DNA of 64,000 nucleotides, from positions 59,660 through 123,659 of the forward strand of contig JACPBG010000004.1 in the NCBI GenBank assembly GCA_016180435.1, in the 5' to 3' direction. This document shows positions 47,467-58,324 of this stretch, piece after piece. Position numbers and translations under genes: made by a program. Source of the DNA: Candidatus Sungiibacteriota bacterium. Its GTDB lineage: Bacteria; Patescibacteriota; Minisyncoccia; Sungbacterales; HO2-52-23. The first letter of the stretch is position 1, and every line of letters starts with the position of its first letter. The notes under the pieces are model-generated. The model was not told where the DNA came from and did no database searches. It saw only the letters and a list, made by a program, of their open reading frames with translations.

Positions 47467-48060
47467 TTATATTTGCCAGCCGGTGTTGGCAAGGATTAGT
47501 TTTATTTGGCTGCCGAGTTCCTTTATGGTTCCGTTATTATCAAGGACCCGTACGGCCGAAAGATTTTTGATCGTGGCGACAAATTTTGCGGTCTCGTGCT
47601 CGTGCATTTTTTTAAATTCTTCCAGCGTGATCTTGGCCTCATCCGGTTTAGCGTCAGCTTCTTGGCAAAGTGCGGCCAGCCGCGCGCGTTTATATCTGGT
47701 TTCTATTTTGCAGTCAACGAAAAAAAGAATATTTTGCGGAAAACTTCGGATGAATTCCACGTCCCAAGGCATAAGCACGCCGTCAAATATCCAGATTCTT
47801 TTTTTGCTCTCTTCCCATCGTTCACGGATGCCGGAGTGCAGACACCTCCTGCCAAGCGCCTTTTGGGCCCGGGAAAAGCAGTCCTGCAAAGTTTTCCGGT
47901 TGGTCGGATCCGGCCGCTCAAAAGCCATGGCAAGATCGGTTAAGATCATGCCGCTGGAAATTACCGAGGTATCGCCGTGAAATATGGTTTCAAGAATTTT
48001 AACACAGGTTCCCTTCCCACCGCGAAGTTCCGCTGATATTCCGATTACGGTATCGGGCAT
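47467..48060 (-). CDS. Nucleoside monophosphate kinase-like P-loop protein
   Basis: IGISAELRGGKGT, IFDGV, LDNNGT. Confidence 0.75.
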   Translation of the reverse strand: MPDTVIGISAELRGGKGTCVKILETIFHGDTSVISSGMILTDLAMAFERPDPTNRKTLQDCFSRAQKALGRRCLHSGIRERWEESKKRIWIFDGVLMPWDVEFIRSFPQNILFFVDCKIETRYKRARLAALCQEADAKPDEAKITLEEFKKMHEHETAKFVATIKNLSAVRVLDNNGTIKELGSQIKLILANTGWQI

Positions 48061-48151
48061 AATTACTCTCCAATATAAAGAACTATTTAGAGCATATTAT
48101 GCAAAAACAAAAATGTCGAGGCGGTGTGGCCGATTCAGTCGATCTTTTGAT

Positions 48152-48189
48152 TGTTAACATCATACTACGATCGTATATAGTTGTTAACA
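48152..48189. repeat. 38-bp quasi-palindromic direct repeat, copy 1
   Basis: tgttaacatcatactacgatcgtatatagttgttaaca; 33/38 identical to 48824-48861. Confidence 0.88.
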
Positions 48190-48222
48190 ATTAACTTGGT
48201 TTGATCAATATATTCCTAAAAA

Positions 48223-48804
48223 TCAGTTTTTGAGTAAATTCTCTATTGTTCCACTTTTTTGTATGCTCAAAATATGAACTTTATTTTTGAGACGCAATTC
48301 ATCCAGCCGTTCAATAAATTGCTGGGGAAGCGGATTAAAGCCGAGCCACACGCTTTTTTGCAGGTGCCGAAATCCGCAGGCGGTCAATTCCATGCGCACT
48401 ATATCACGCTTTCGTCTTTCTCGTTCCGGAATGTCGAAAATAACCAGACGCGGGATACCATCTTTTTCCGGTATTTCCAGGACAATTTCCTGTCGCTTAT
48501 GCAATCGCAGTTTACCTTTTGTGGTAATATGCCACCGGGAATTTCGTGAGGATCCATTGCGTCCAACCAGTCCATGTCGCTTTAGACGGGAAAGAATGGC
48601 GGAGAGCGTGCGGGGAGAAACCTCGGGACTGGAATCTAATCCGAAAAGGCGGCGGCCAGATGATGTGAAGGAATATTGAGGAGGGAAGAAGGCGTCAAGA
48701 AATACTTTTCCTCCCTCTGCGAGTTTCTCCAATACAAGCCGCGTGATTGAGCGATTTTTTACATATACGCGGGAAGAGGGTTTTTGCATGTAGATTTTTA
48801 CCAT
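48223..48804 (-). CDS. PaaX-like wHTH plus Cas2-like-fold protein
   Basis: LSRLKRHGLV...ITTKG; VIFDIPERERRKR...GFRHLQKSVW. Confidence 0.82.
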   Translation of the reverse strand: MVKIYMQKPSSRVYVKNRSITRLVLEKLAEGGKVFLDAFFPPQYSFTSSGRRLFGLDSSPEVSPRTLSAILSRLKRHGLVGRNGSSRNSRWHITTKGKLRLHKRQEIVLEIPEKDGIPRLVIFDIPERERRKRDIVRMELTACGFRHLQKSVWLGFNPLPQQFIERLDELRLKNKVHILSIQKSGTIENLLKN

Positions 48805-48823
48805 AAAAATAGATATTATGGAC

Positions 48824-48861
48824 TGTTAACAATGTACTACGATCGTATATAACTGTTAACA
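48824..48861. repeat. 38-bp quasi-palindromic direct repeat, copy 2
   Basis: tgttaacaatgtactacgatcgtatataactgttaaca. Confidence 0.88.
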
Positions 48862-48942
48862 TTTGATGAAACTTAATTTTTTGCTTTAGTAACACCTTAT
48901 TTTATCCACGTACCAGAAGACCACGGGCTTGCCCGTGGAGCT

Positions 48943-49368
48943 TCATTTCAGTATGTCAATTCCCATTGAGCGGGCCGTACCCTCGATTATTTTTTCTGCG
49001 GCCTCGGGGTTCTCGGCGTTTAAATCCTCCATTTTGCGCTCGGCGATCTTTCGGATGTCTTCGCGGGTAACACGCCCCACCTTCTTTTTATTCGGCTCTC
49101 CGGACCCCTTTTCCACGGATGCGGCTTTGCGCAGCATGTCGGATGCCGGCGGAGTTCGTAATTTAAACTCAAAACTACGGTCTTCAAAGATCGTAATTTC
49201 CACGGGCACAATTTCTCCCTCCATTTTTCCGGATGCCTCGTTATATTTTTTTACAAAGTCCCCGATATTGATGCCGTGCGGCCCGAGAGCCGTGCCTACC
49301 GGCGGCGCCGGAGTGGCTTTGCCGGCCGGAAGCTGGAGTTTAAGTTTTACTTTAATTGGTTTGGCCAT
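48943..49368 (-). CDS. rplK: 50S ribosomal protein L11
   Basis: [27 protein letters not shown]. Confidence 0.98.
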   Translation of the reverse strand: MAKPIKVKLKLQLPAGKATPAPPVGTALGPHGINIGDFVKKYNEASGKMEGEIVPVEITIFEDRSFEFKLRTPPASDMLRKAASVEKGSGEPNKKKVGRVTREDIRKIAERKMEDLNAENPEAAEKIIEGTARSMGIDILK

Positions 49369-49403
49369 GTTTTTACAGATTAACACAGATTTCTCACAGA
49401 TGT

Positions 49404-49847
49404 TCACAGATCACAGATAAATTGTTTTCTATCGTTTGTATGGATATATCTGCAGGGCTTTAACGTTTTTTCTGCGAAATTTACCGCATACCCAAGTTCA
49501 TATTTGCTTATTTTTAGATACTCTAAGAGTTGTCGTCCGGCTTCAATCATTTTATGCGGCGGGAGCGCCTTTAGTTCTACCAGCACTTTATCATTTATAA
49601 GATAGTCGGGCACAAAGAAACCAATTCTTTTTCCATTAGTCACAGAATGCAGTGTTATTTTGGGCTTCGCGATAAACGAAATTTTAGCTTGTTCGAGTTC
49701 CTCTTGAAAGGCGCGGTCATATATAATTTCTCTATGCCCAGATCCGTATTTATTATGCGCCGCAAACAGGCAACCGATTATTTTATGACATAATTCTTTT
49801 TCAGGAAATCTGTGATCTGTGTTGATCTGTGTAGAATCTGTGGGCAT
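49404..49847 (-). CDS. GxxExxY-family protein
   Basis: [31 protein letters not shown]; bracketed by mirrored ACAGAT arrays. Confidence 0.9.
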   Translation of the reverse strand: MPTDSTQINTDHRFPEKELCHKIIGCLFAAHNKYGSGHREIIYDRAFQEELEQAKISFIAKPKITLHSVTNGKRIGFFVPDYLINDKVLVELKALPPHKMIEAGRQLLEYLKISKYELGYAVNFAEKTLKPCRYIHTNDRKQFICDL

Positions 49848-49853
49848 CGGTGT

Positions 49854-50399
49854 TTATAGTTTTTTTATTTGTAATGAATCCAGTTCTACGGGCGTGTCGC
49901 GGCCGAATACGTTAACAAGCACCTTGATCTTGCCGCGGTCCTGGTCCACTTCCGATACTTTGCCGTCAAAGTCCTTAAAGGGGCCGTCGGTAATTTTTAT
50001 CGGATCCCCGATCAATACATCAATTTTGAATTTGGGTTCCTCCTCTCCGACGCGATTCAGTAAAACCTCCATTTCTTCGGGTGAAAGCGGAGTGGGCGTG
50101 GTGCCGGCGCCGATAAATCCGGTAACGCGGGGAGTATTTCGCACTACGTACCAAGAGTCGTCGGTCACGACCATCTCCACCAAAACATACCCGGGATAAA
50201 TTTTTTCTTCAACTACGCGCCGTTTCCCGCTTTTAATTTTTATTTTTTTCTCCACCGGCACGAGCACGTTGAAAATTTTATCCTCCATACCCATGGATTC
50301 GATGCGTTGTTTTAAGTTTCGCGCAACCGCATCCTCATACCCGGAATAGGTATGGACCGCGTACCAATTGCGCCCGAATTCCGATGTTTGTTTAGGCAT
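49854..50399 (-). CDS. nusG: Transcription antitermination factor NusG
   Basis: WYAVHTYSGYE, YPGYVLVEM, DGPFKDF, FGRDTPVEL. Confidence 0.98.
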   Translation of the reverse strand: MPKQTSEFGRNWYAVHTYSGYEDAVARNLKQRIESMGMEDKIFNVLVPVEKKIKIKSGKRRVVEEKIYPGYVLVEMVVTDDSWYVVRNTPRVTGFIGAGTTPTPLSPEEMEVLLNRVGEEEPKFKIDVLIGDPIKITDGPFKDFDGKVSEVDQDRGKIKVLVNVFGRDTPVELDSLQIKKL

Positions 50400-50414
50400 A
50401 TCGTGCTTTGCACC

Positions 50415-50530
50415 GCAATGATGCCAATCTACAAATGAAATGCTAATCTACAAATTGCGAATAAATTCTTTTTACAGTATTCGCGATTCGCTAGATTGGC
50501 ATTAAATTCGCATCGGATTGGCATCACTGC
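50415..50530. repeat. Palindromic element (TIR GCAATGATGCCAATC), copy 1
   Basis: gcaatgatgccaatc...gattggcatcactgc; second copy at 50731-50860. Confidence 0.85.
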
Positions 50531-50715
50531 TAAAGAATGAATGTATTCAAAATAAACTGGAATAAATAATCCAGCCCTCCCAAAAATACGGCAATGACCA
50601 GGCTTACGGCAACCACGGTTACTGTATAGCGAATCGTGTCTTCGCGATTCGGCCAAGTTACTTTTTTGAGTTCAAGCCTGGTTTCTTTAAGAAAAGTAGT
50701 AAGACGTTCCAACAT
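50530..50715 (-). CDS. secE: Preprotein translocase subunit SecE
   Basis: ELKKVTWP plus one TM helix; upstream of nusG. Confidence 0.95.
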   Translation of the reverse strand: MLERLTTFLKETRLELKKVTWPNREDTIRYTVTVVAVSLVIAVFLGGLDYLFQFILNTFIL

Positions 50716-50730
50716 ACCGCGCTTCGCGCC

Positions 50731-50860
50731 GCAATGATGCCAATCTATAAATCTTATGCTAATCCACAAATTGCAAATGAATATTCTCGATAGACTCGAA
50801 TAATAATTATTCGCAATTCGCTAAATTGGCATTAAATTCGCATCGGATTGGCATCACTGT
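50731..50860. repeat. Palindromic element, copy 2
   Basis: Same termini and internal attggcattaaattcgcatcggattggcat as copy 1. Confidence 0.85.
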
Positions 50861-50934
50861 GGCCTTTTTTAAAAGGCCCGCAGGCCCTTAGTATTTCAAG
50901 CATACTGCAATATGGCGCAAGATGTCAATAGTCC

Positions 50935-50973
50935 CTAAATATCAAGATTTTTCACTGCTTTTGCGTGTGTCTG
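50935..50973 (-). pseudogene. Orphan duplicate of the last 12 gyrB codons plus stop
   Basis: Encodes [12 protein letters not shown], identical to the GyrB C-terminus, with different codons. Confidence 0.88.
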
Positions 50974-50975
50974 AA

Positions 50976-51098
50976 CCCCGCACTAAAATTTCGACCGCCG
51001 CAATCTTGTTCTTTGGTTTGAGAAGGAATCTTTATTCACGAGAATTTCGCTCCGGCTTAGTCGGGGCGGCAACGAAAAGTCGAAATTTAGTTACGGGG
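50976..51098. mobile_element. MITE-like element CCCCGCACTAAA..TTTAGTTACGGGG
   Basis: ccccgcactaaaatttcgac...gtcgaaatttagttacgggg. Confidence 0.7.
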
Positions 51099-51109
51099 CA
51101 AGTAAATTT

Positions 51110-53218
<2,109 letters not shown>

Positions 53219-53343
53219 TTAGCATTTTTGTGCCGTCTTTACAAGTAATTTCGTCCCGTATGTGCGGGACGAAATATGCCTTATATATGATACTTTTAGC
53301 TTACATGCATAATCGGATTTTACTTTCCATTGTTTGATGTTTC

Positions 53344-53383
53344 GAAGTCGGACTTCAGTAGCACACTATTGAAGTCCGACTTC
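53344..53383. repeat. REP-like inverted pair GAAGTCGGACTTC
   Basis: gaagtcggacttca-12 nt-tgaagtccgacttc. Confidence 0.65.
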
Positions 53384-53389
53384 AATAGA

Positions 53390-54547
53390 CTACCGCAATA
53401 AAGCATGAAATATTTTCTCGGTTTGTTGATAAATTTTGGCTTGAATCGGGTCTATTTCTTCGGTTAAAAGCGTTCGTTCATTACTGCGGTATGTGATCCG
53501 ATAAGTGTAACTTATTTTTCCCGGGCCGAATTTTTCCTTATTTTCGTAGCGATCCAAAAGTTTCACTTCTTCCACCATATCTCCTCCCAAATCGCGGATA
53601 AGGTCAAAATAATTGTTGGGCACGAAATCATTTTTTACGATAAAGGAGATATCGCGGGTGATCTGCGGGAATTTTGAGACCTCTTTAAACTTATTACCCA
53701 ATTTTAACTGGTTTTTTACCCTTGGGTTTTCCGACCAGAGCAGTCGGATATCCGGTAGCGACATGGAAACAATTGCCAAGCGCTCGAGTCCGAAGCCAAA
53801 CGCCCAACCGTGGTAGCCCGTTAAACCAAAATTGGCAAGCACGCTTTTTCTTGCCATGCCGGAACCCAGCATTTCGATCCATTGGCTGTTTATTTCAGCT
53901 TCCATTTCAAAACTTGGGTCGGTATACGGAAATTGGTGCTCATAAAAGCGGAAATTTACGTCGCCAAAAATACTGCGGGCTATTTCAGACAGCGCGTTTT
54001 TTAGATCCACCGGGGTTATGGTGTGTTTATCATCCGGCGTTATATAAAGGCCGCCGAATTGATGGAAAACATTCATGTGCTTGCCGTCTATTTCATCTTT
54101 GCGATAGACCTTGCCGTAGCAAATAGCTCCCAAAGTTTCCTGGTTTTCAATTCTTTTTTTGATTTCGGGGTGGTTTAAATAATAATACCAAAAAACCGTA
54201 TCATGGGTCCTCAAAACATGATTATCGTCCACATAATATGTGTCAGATTTGCTGCGGGCAGGATGACCCGGGGGCATATTGAAAAGATCAAATAAAATAT
54301 AAGTGGAAACTATTTCCGGTATGTCTATTACATCAAATCCCACAAGACTTTTGACCCCGCAAGCCCTGTCAATAATTTCTTTTAAGGGACCCCCTTTTGT
54401 CCGTGAAAGATCGGGCATAGCCAAGAAGCGCAGGATGCGTTTGGCTTCCGGATCGGCGCGTTTTTTCAATTCCTGAAGGATTTTTTGTTCCTCATCGCGC
54501 GGGATATGGATTTCTTCTCCGGTTGTTTTGGTGAGTAGTGATGACAT
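53390..54547 (-). CDS. pheS: Single-chain (mitochondrial-type) phenylalanine--tRNA ligase
   Basis: HPARSKSDTYY, LRTH, FPYTDPSFE, GLERLA, then an FDX-ACB domain (SKFPQITRDISF...YRSNERTL). Confidence 0.9.
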   Translation of the reverse strand: MSSLLTKTTGEEIHIPRDEEQKILQELKKRADPEAKRILRFLAMPDLSRTKGGPLKEIIDRACGVKSLVGFDVIDIPEIVSTYILFDLFNMPPGHPARSKSDTYYVDDNHVLRTHDTVFWYYYLNHPEIKKRIENQETLGAICYGKVYRKDEIDGKHMNVFHQFGGLYITPDDKHTITPVDLKNALSEIARSIFGDVNFRFYEHQFPYTDPSFEMEAEINSQWIEMLGSGMARKSVLANFGLTGYHGWAFGFGLERLAIVSMSLPDIRLLWSENPRVKNQLKLGNKFKEVSKFPQITRDISFIVKNDFVPNNYFDLIRDLGGDMVEEVKLLDRYENKEKFGPGKISYTYRITYRSNERTLLTEEIDPIQAKIYQQTEKIFHALLR

Positions 54548-54581
54548 GATTTTTGTATCATATCACTTTTGGGTAAAAAAT

Positions 54582-54629
54582 AAAGTATGCCCACTTTTTC
54601 CGTTTGAGCGGGAAAAGTGGGCATACTTT
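54582..54629. terminator. Long hairpin, probable terminator
   Basis: aaagtatgcccactttt...aaaagtgggcatacttt downstream of the large surface-protein gene. Confidence 0.55.
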
Positions 54630-54660
54630 GAAGTAAAAATTTCTACCGGGATTCAATTTT

Positions 54661-57600
54661 TTACTGCGGAGGGATTTCTATAAAAGAAGGCGGCGGTTTT
54701 ACCAGCGCGGTTGCACTTCTTGATATGCCATCGCAAGTCAAGGTAAATATGGTGGTGGAAGCCAGATTCACTTTGGGGCAGGCCTGGTATCCGGCAATTC
54801 CGCAATTGGTTTGAACCGGGGTATTGTTGATCGCGGTTTTGGGATTATTATCCGTAAGAGTGCAGTCAGTTGCGCCAAATCCGTCGGTTGTCCAAGAAAC
54901 AGTTGTGGGCTTGCCGGCGTCAATGGGTGTGGGATCTACGCCGAATGTTACAATTCGTCCTTTGATTTCTATGGGCGAGTTTGTGCAGGTGTTTGGCCCG
55001 TCGCTCGTAAATCCGTCACTTACGGTTACAGCTCCGTTTTTTTGGCCGCTGGAGGGATATATAGCATCATATGGGTTTGCGGTTTGTCCGCCAAGCGGAG
55101 CGTCTCCGGACCAGATAAAGCTGTAAGATCCCGAACCGCCGGTTGGGAATGCGGTCCAGCGCACCGTATCATCTATCATGGAGGCGATCGCCGGAACCGC
55201 CGTACAAGTCGCGTCAAGATTTACATTCACCACGGTGCGGCGTTCGGCAGACGGAGCAGGACCCTGTTCCAGGATAACTTTAGCGGTTGAACGCAGAGCA
55301 TAGGCGCGGGGAACCATCATGGAAGTCGCTGATTCGCCATTACATTTGGCGCCATTGGAGTTGGTCGCGCATATGCCGTCACCGGCTTGTTCACAACCCA
55401 CAGGATTACCCGGAGATATGCAAGTTGGCGGAAGCGCTCCACACACGCCTGATACGGTGCCAACATTAGTGCCGGCATTATTGCAATTCCACCAGAATGA
55501 ATAATTAATTGTGCCGAGTGCTGTACTTGCCGGGTCGCGCGTTGCGGTAATATTACGGTTAACACCCGGATCCGCCGGGTTTGGAACAACACTAAGCGAA
55601 GATATTAAAAGGGTCTGCGCATTAACAGTCAGGGTAAATGTCGTGGTGCGCGTAAGAGGGCCGCTTGTGCCGGTAACAGTTACGGGATATGACCCGGCCG
55701 GAGTTGAACCCGAGGTTGTAATATTAAGGGTTTTTGAACAAGGAGGATTGCAGGATGCGGGAGACGGGGCAAAGGAAAAACTGACACCGGAAATCGGCGC
55801 TGAAGTTATGGAAAATGTAACCGACTGGGTTGCGCCGGAATCAAGCGAGGCATTGATGGTCCGGGATGTATTATAGCCCTGGGTTACGGACACGTTGCCG
55901 TTGTTGGACAGCGAAAAATCAAACGCCGCGCCAACGGTAAATGAAGTCCCGGCTCCTGCGCAGTTATTATTTTCATTTGACTCGGTTACGGCGCCGGGCG
56001 GCGGAACCGGAGAAACATCCGCGCAAAAATACACGGTATGCGGCCCTATGGTTGCGGGCCAGGAGGATGAAGTAATTGAACCGGAACTTCCTCCGCCCGA
56101 AGTCAACGCTCCGATACTCGGAGCATTTATTTGTCCGGTAGAGGATGTAAGGCAATTTGAATTATCAATGCAAAAGCGGGCGGTGGATGCTCCGGCATTG
56201 GCTGTGCCGACATTGGTAACGCCGCTATTGGTAAAGGTAAGAGTTTGTCCCGCAATAAGAGTGCCATTTACCGTAATACTCGGACCAACCACAAGATCGG
56301 GTGTGGGAGGCACTCCCACGTTAAAAGTGGCGGTGGTGCAGTTATTTCCCTGACTTGTGTCATTAATATAGTCGCTGGTTTCGGAAAAAGCATTTCCCAC
56401 ATCCGCGCATACTTCAAAAAGATGTGTTCCAACTTGCGCGGTCCAGGCATTGGTCCAGTTTTCAACTTCGGTATCCCCGGGATTACTTGCGGCAGCTAAT
56501 GCTCCGGTGGTTTGATCAGCCGGAGTAAAATCCCATGTGCCATTATTATCTATATCCAAGCGTAAACGCGTTTGGGAAGATACGGATGCCGCACCCGTTC
56601 CGGAATTTCTCACAGTCGCCGCAAAAGTTACCAATTGTCCGGCGCTAATCGGGCCCGGAACCGGACCGGCTGTGGCCAGTCCCTCGGTAATGTAGTCGGG
56701 TTCAGATGCCGTTGAAACCGTAAACGTCTGCGCTGAACAATTGTTTGTTTCGTTTGTTTCATTCTCAACTGGATTCGGCTGATCGGCACAAAGGGAAATT
56801 CTATGAGTCCCGAGTTCCGCGGTCCATGTGCCCGATGTTACTGATTGCGAGCCCGAAGGCGCGAGCGCGCCAGCCGCAATCATGGGATGGGGAGTAAGCG
56901 CGCGATCTTTACCCATAGTATCGTTATAGAGCTGCGCAATTTCAGACGCATTCAGCGCCCTGCCGTACACATATACTTCATCAATTTGCCCGTCAAAATA
57001 TACCCCAGAGCCATCATCCTGACTACCGATTGCGCTATATGAGGAAGGCGTATTCGGCGTTAATGATTGAGAAAAATTCACAGGTCCTGATGCCGCAAGC
57101 GCGCCATTAACATACACGCTCATAAAATCTCCTGCATAATTTATCACCCCCGCGATATGGTACCACGTATTCAGCGCCAGCGGAGGAATTGCTCCCGAAG
57201 TGCTAACGCTTTGAATCGCCTCGGTATCCATAGACCGGCCCACAACCCGCACATTACCGGATGAGGTGAACTCAAGCGCGGCGCGAGATTCATTAGTTGG
57301 GACAGCGCTGTTGATTGAAAAAGAAACCACTCCGTTGACAAAGCCGGCAACTACGCTTTCTCTTCTAACCCACGCGGAAATGGTTACGGCGGCTTTTTTG
57401 CGTACGGTGTTAAGATTAGTACCCAAATTAACGTATTCATTCACTCCATCAAAATCAAGAGCTCCATTTACTCTGCCGCCCATCCAATCGGTGGATTCCA
57501 TATTGACGAGCGTCCCGTTGATTCCGCTTCCTGAAAAATCACCCGCGCTGGTTCCGGATGTTTCATCGAAATGCCATCCGCCCGCAAGCCCTATCGGATC

Positions 57601-58257
57601 GGGACTATTATTATTAAAATCAATATAGAATAGATTATTAAATGATGATATGTTGGCGCCAGCGCCGATGTTTGTAATGTTGCCCGAGAATGTAACAGGG
57701 CCGGGGTTTAGAGTGCCTGGGGAATTGAGCGCCGAGGTGAGATCGGTATTAGCGCTTACCGTAAACGTCTGCGTTGTGCAATTATTTCCCTCGTTTGTTT
57801 CGGCAATAACTAATTCCACATCCGCGCATACTTCAAATAAATGCGTTCCAACTTGCGCGGTCCAGGCATTGGACCAGGTTTCAACTTCGTTATCACCGGG
57901 ACTCATGAAGGAAGTTAATCCTGCGGTGGTTTGATCCGGCGAAATAGTTAAATCCCATACTCCGGGAGGATTGTCATTATTTATATCCAGACGTAAACGG
58001 GTTTGGGAAGGAATTGTTTCCGCATCATCCCCGTAATTTCTCACGGTTGCCGAAAAGGTTACCAATTGTCCGGCAGTAATCGGGCCGGGAACCGGACCGG
58101 CTGTGGCAAGTCCTTCGACTCTGTAATCAATTATACCAGGACCAGGACCAGGACCAGCCGAAACTCCCGCGGCAACGGTTAAAAAAGCGAGCATCAAAAA
58201 ACACGCCTGCAATGAGTTTAAAACGCGATGATGATCTAAAAAACCTGGCTTAATCAT
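54661..58257 (-). CDS. Large secreted/surface protein with CARDB-like repeats and a LamG domain
   Basis: Signal-like N-terminus; repeated VCAD..ETNE.NNC modules; LamG-like WYHIAGV...FDGQIDEVYVYGRAL; start uncertain. Confidence 0.85.
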   Translation of the reverse strand: MIKPGFLDHHRVLNSLQACFLMLAFLTVAAGVSAGPGPGPGIIDYRVEGLATAGPVPGPITAGQLVTFSATVRNYGDDAETIPSQTRLRLDINNDNPPGVWDLTISPDQTTAGLTSFMSPGDNEVETWSNAWTAQVGTHLFEVCADVELVIAETNEGNNCTTQTFTVSANTDLTSALNSPGTLNPGPVTFSGNITNIGAGANISSFNNLFYIDFNNNSPDPIGLAGGWHFDETSGTSAGDFSGSGINGTLVNMESTDWMGGRVNGALDFDGVNEYVNLGTNLNTVRKKAAVTISAWVRRESVVAGFVNGVVSFSINSAVPTNESRAALEFTSSGNVRVVGRSMDTEAIQSVSTSGAIPPLALNTWYHIAGVINYAGDFMSVYVNGALAASGPVNFSQSLTPNTPSSYSAIGSQDDGSGVYFDGQIDEVYVYGRALNASEIAQLYNDTMGKDRALTPHPMIAAGALAPSGSQSVTSGTWTAELGTHRISLCADQPNPVENETNETNNCSAQTFTVSTASEPDYITEGLATAGPVPGPISAGQLVTFAATVRNSGTGAASVSSQTRLRLDIDNNGTWDFTPADQTTGALAAASNPGDTEVENWTNAWTAQVGTHLFEVCADVGNAFSETSDYINDTSQGNNCTTATFNVGVPPTPDLVVGPSITVNGTLIAGQTLTFTNSGVTNVGTANAGASTARFCIDNSNCLTSSTGQINAPSIGALTSGGGSSGSITSSSWPATIGPHTVYFCADVSPVPPPGAVTESNENNNCAGAGTSFTVGAAFDFSLSNNGNVSVTQGYNTSRTINASLDSGATQSVTFSITSAPISGVSFSFAPSPASCNPPCSKTLNITTSGSTPAGSYPVTVTGTSGPLTRTTTFTLTVNAQTLLISSLSVVPNPADPGVNRNITATRDPASTALGTINYSFWWNCNNAGTNVGTVSGVCGALPPTCISPGNPVGCEQAGDGICATNSNGAKCNGESATSMMVPRAYALRSTAKVILEQGPAPSAERRTVVNVNLDATCTAVPAIASMIDDTVRWTAFPTGGSGSYSFIWSGDAPLGGQTANPYDAIYPSSGQKNGAVTVSDGFTSDGPNTCTNSPIEIKGRIVTFGVDPTPIDAGKPTTVSWTTDGFGATDCTLTDNNPKTAINNTPVQTNCGIAGYQACPKVNLASTTIFTLTCDGISRSATALVKPPPSFIEIPPQ

Positions 58258-58324
58258 TATATTCAATATAGATGAGGCGCCGAAAATACACAATCAATTT
58301 TATCCACACGGTAATAATATGATT

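Noticed and set aside
48152-48861. CRISPR array with cas2
   Set aside because: Only two repeats, separated by a whole gene; the protein is PaaX-like and there is no cas1 or effector gene in the window.
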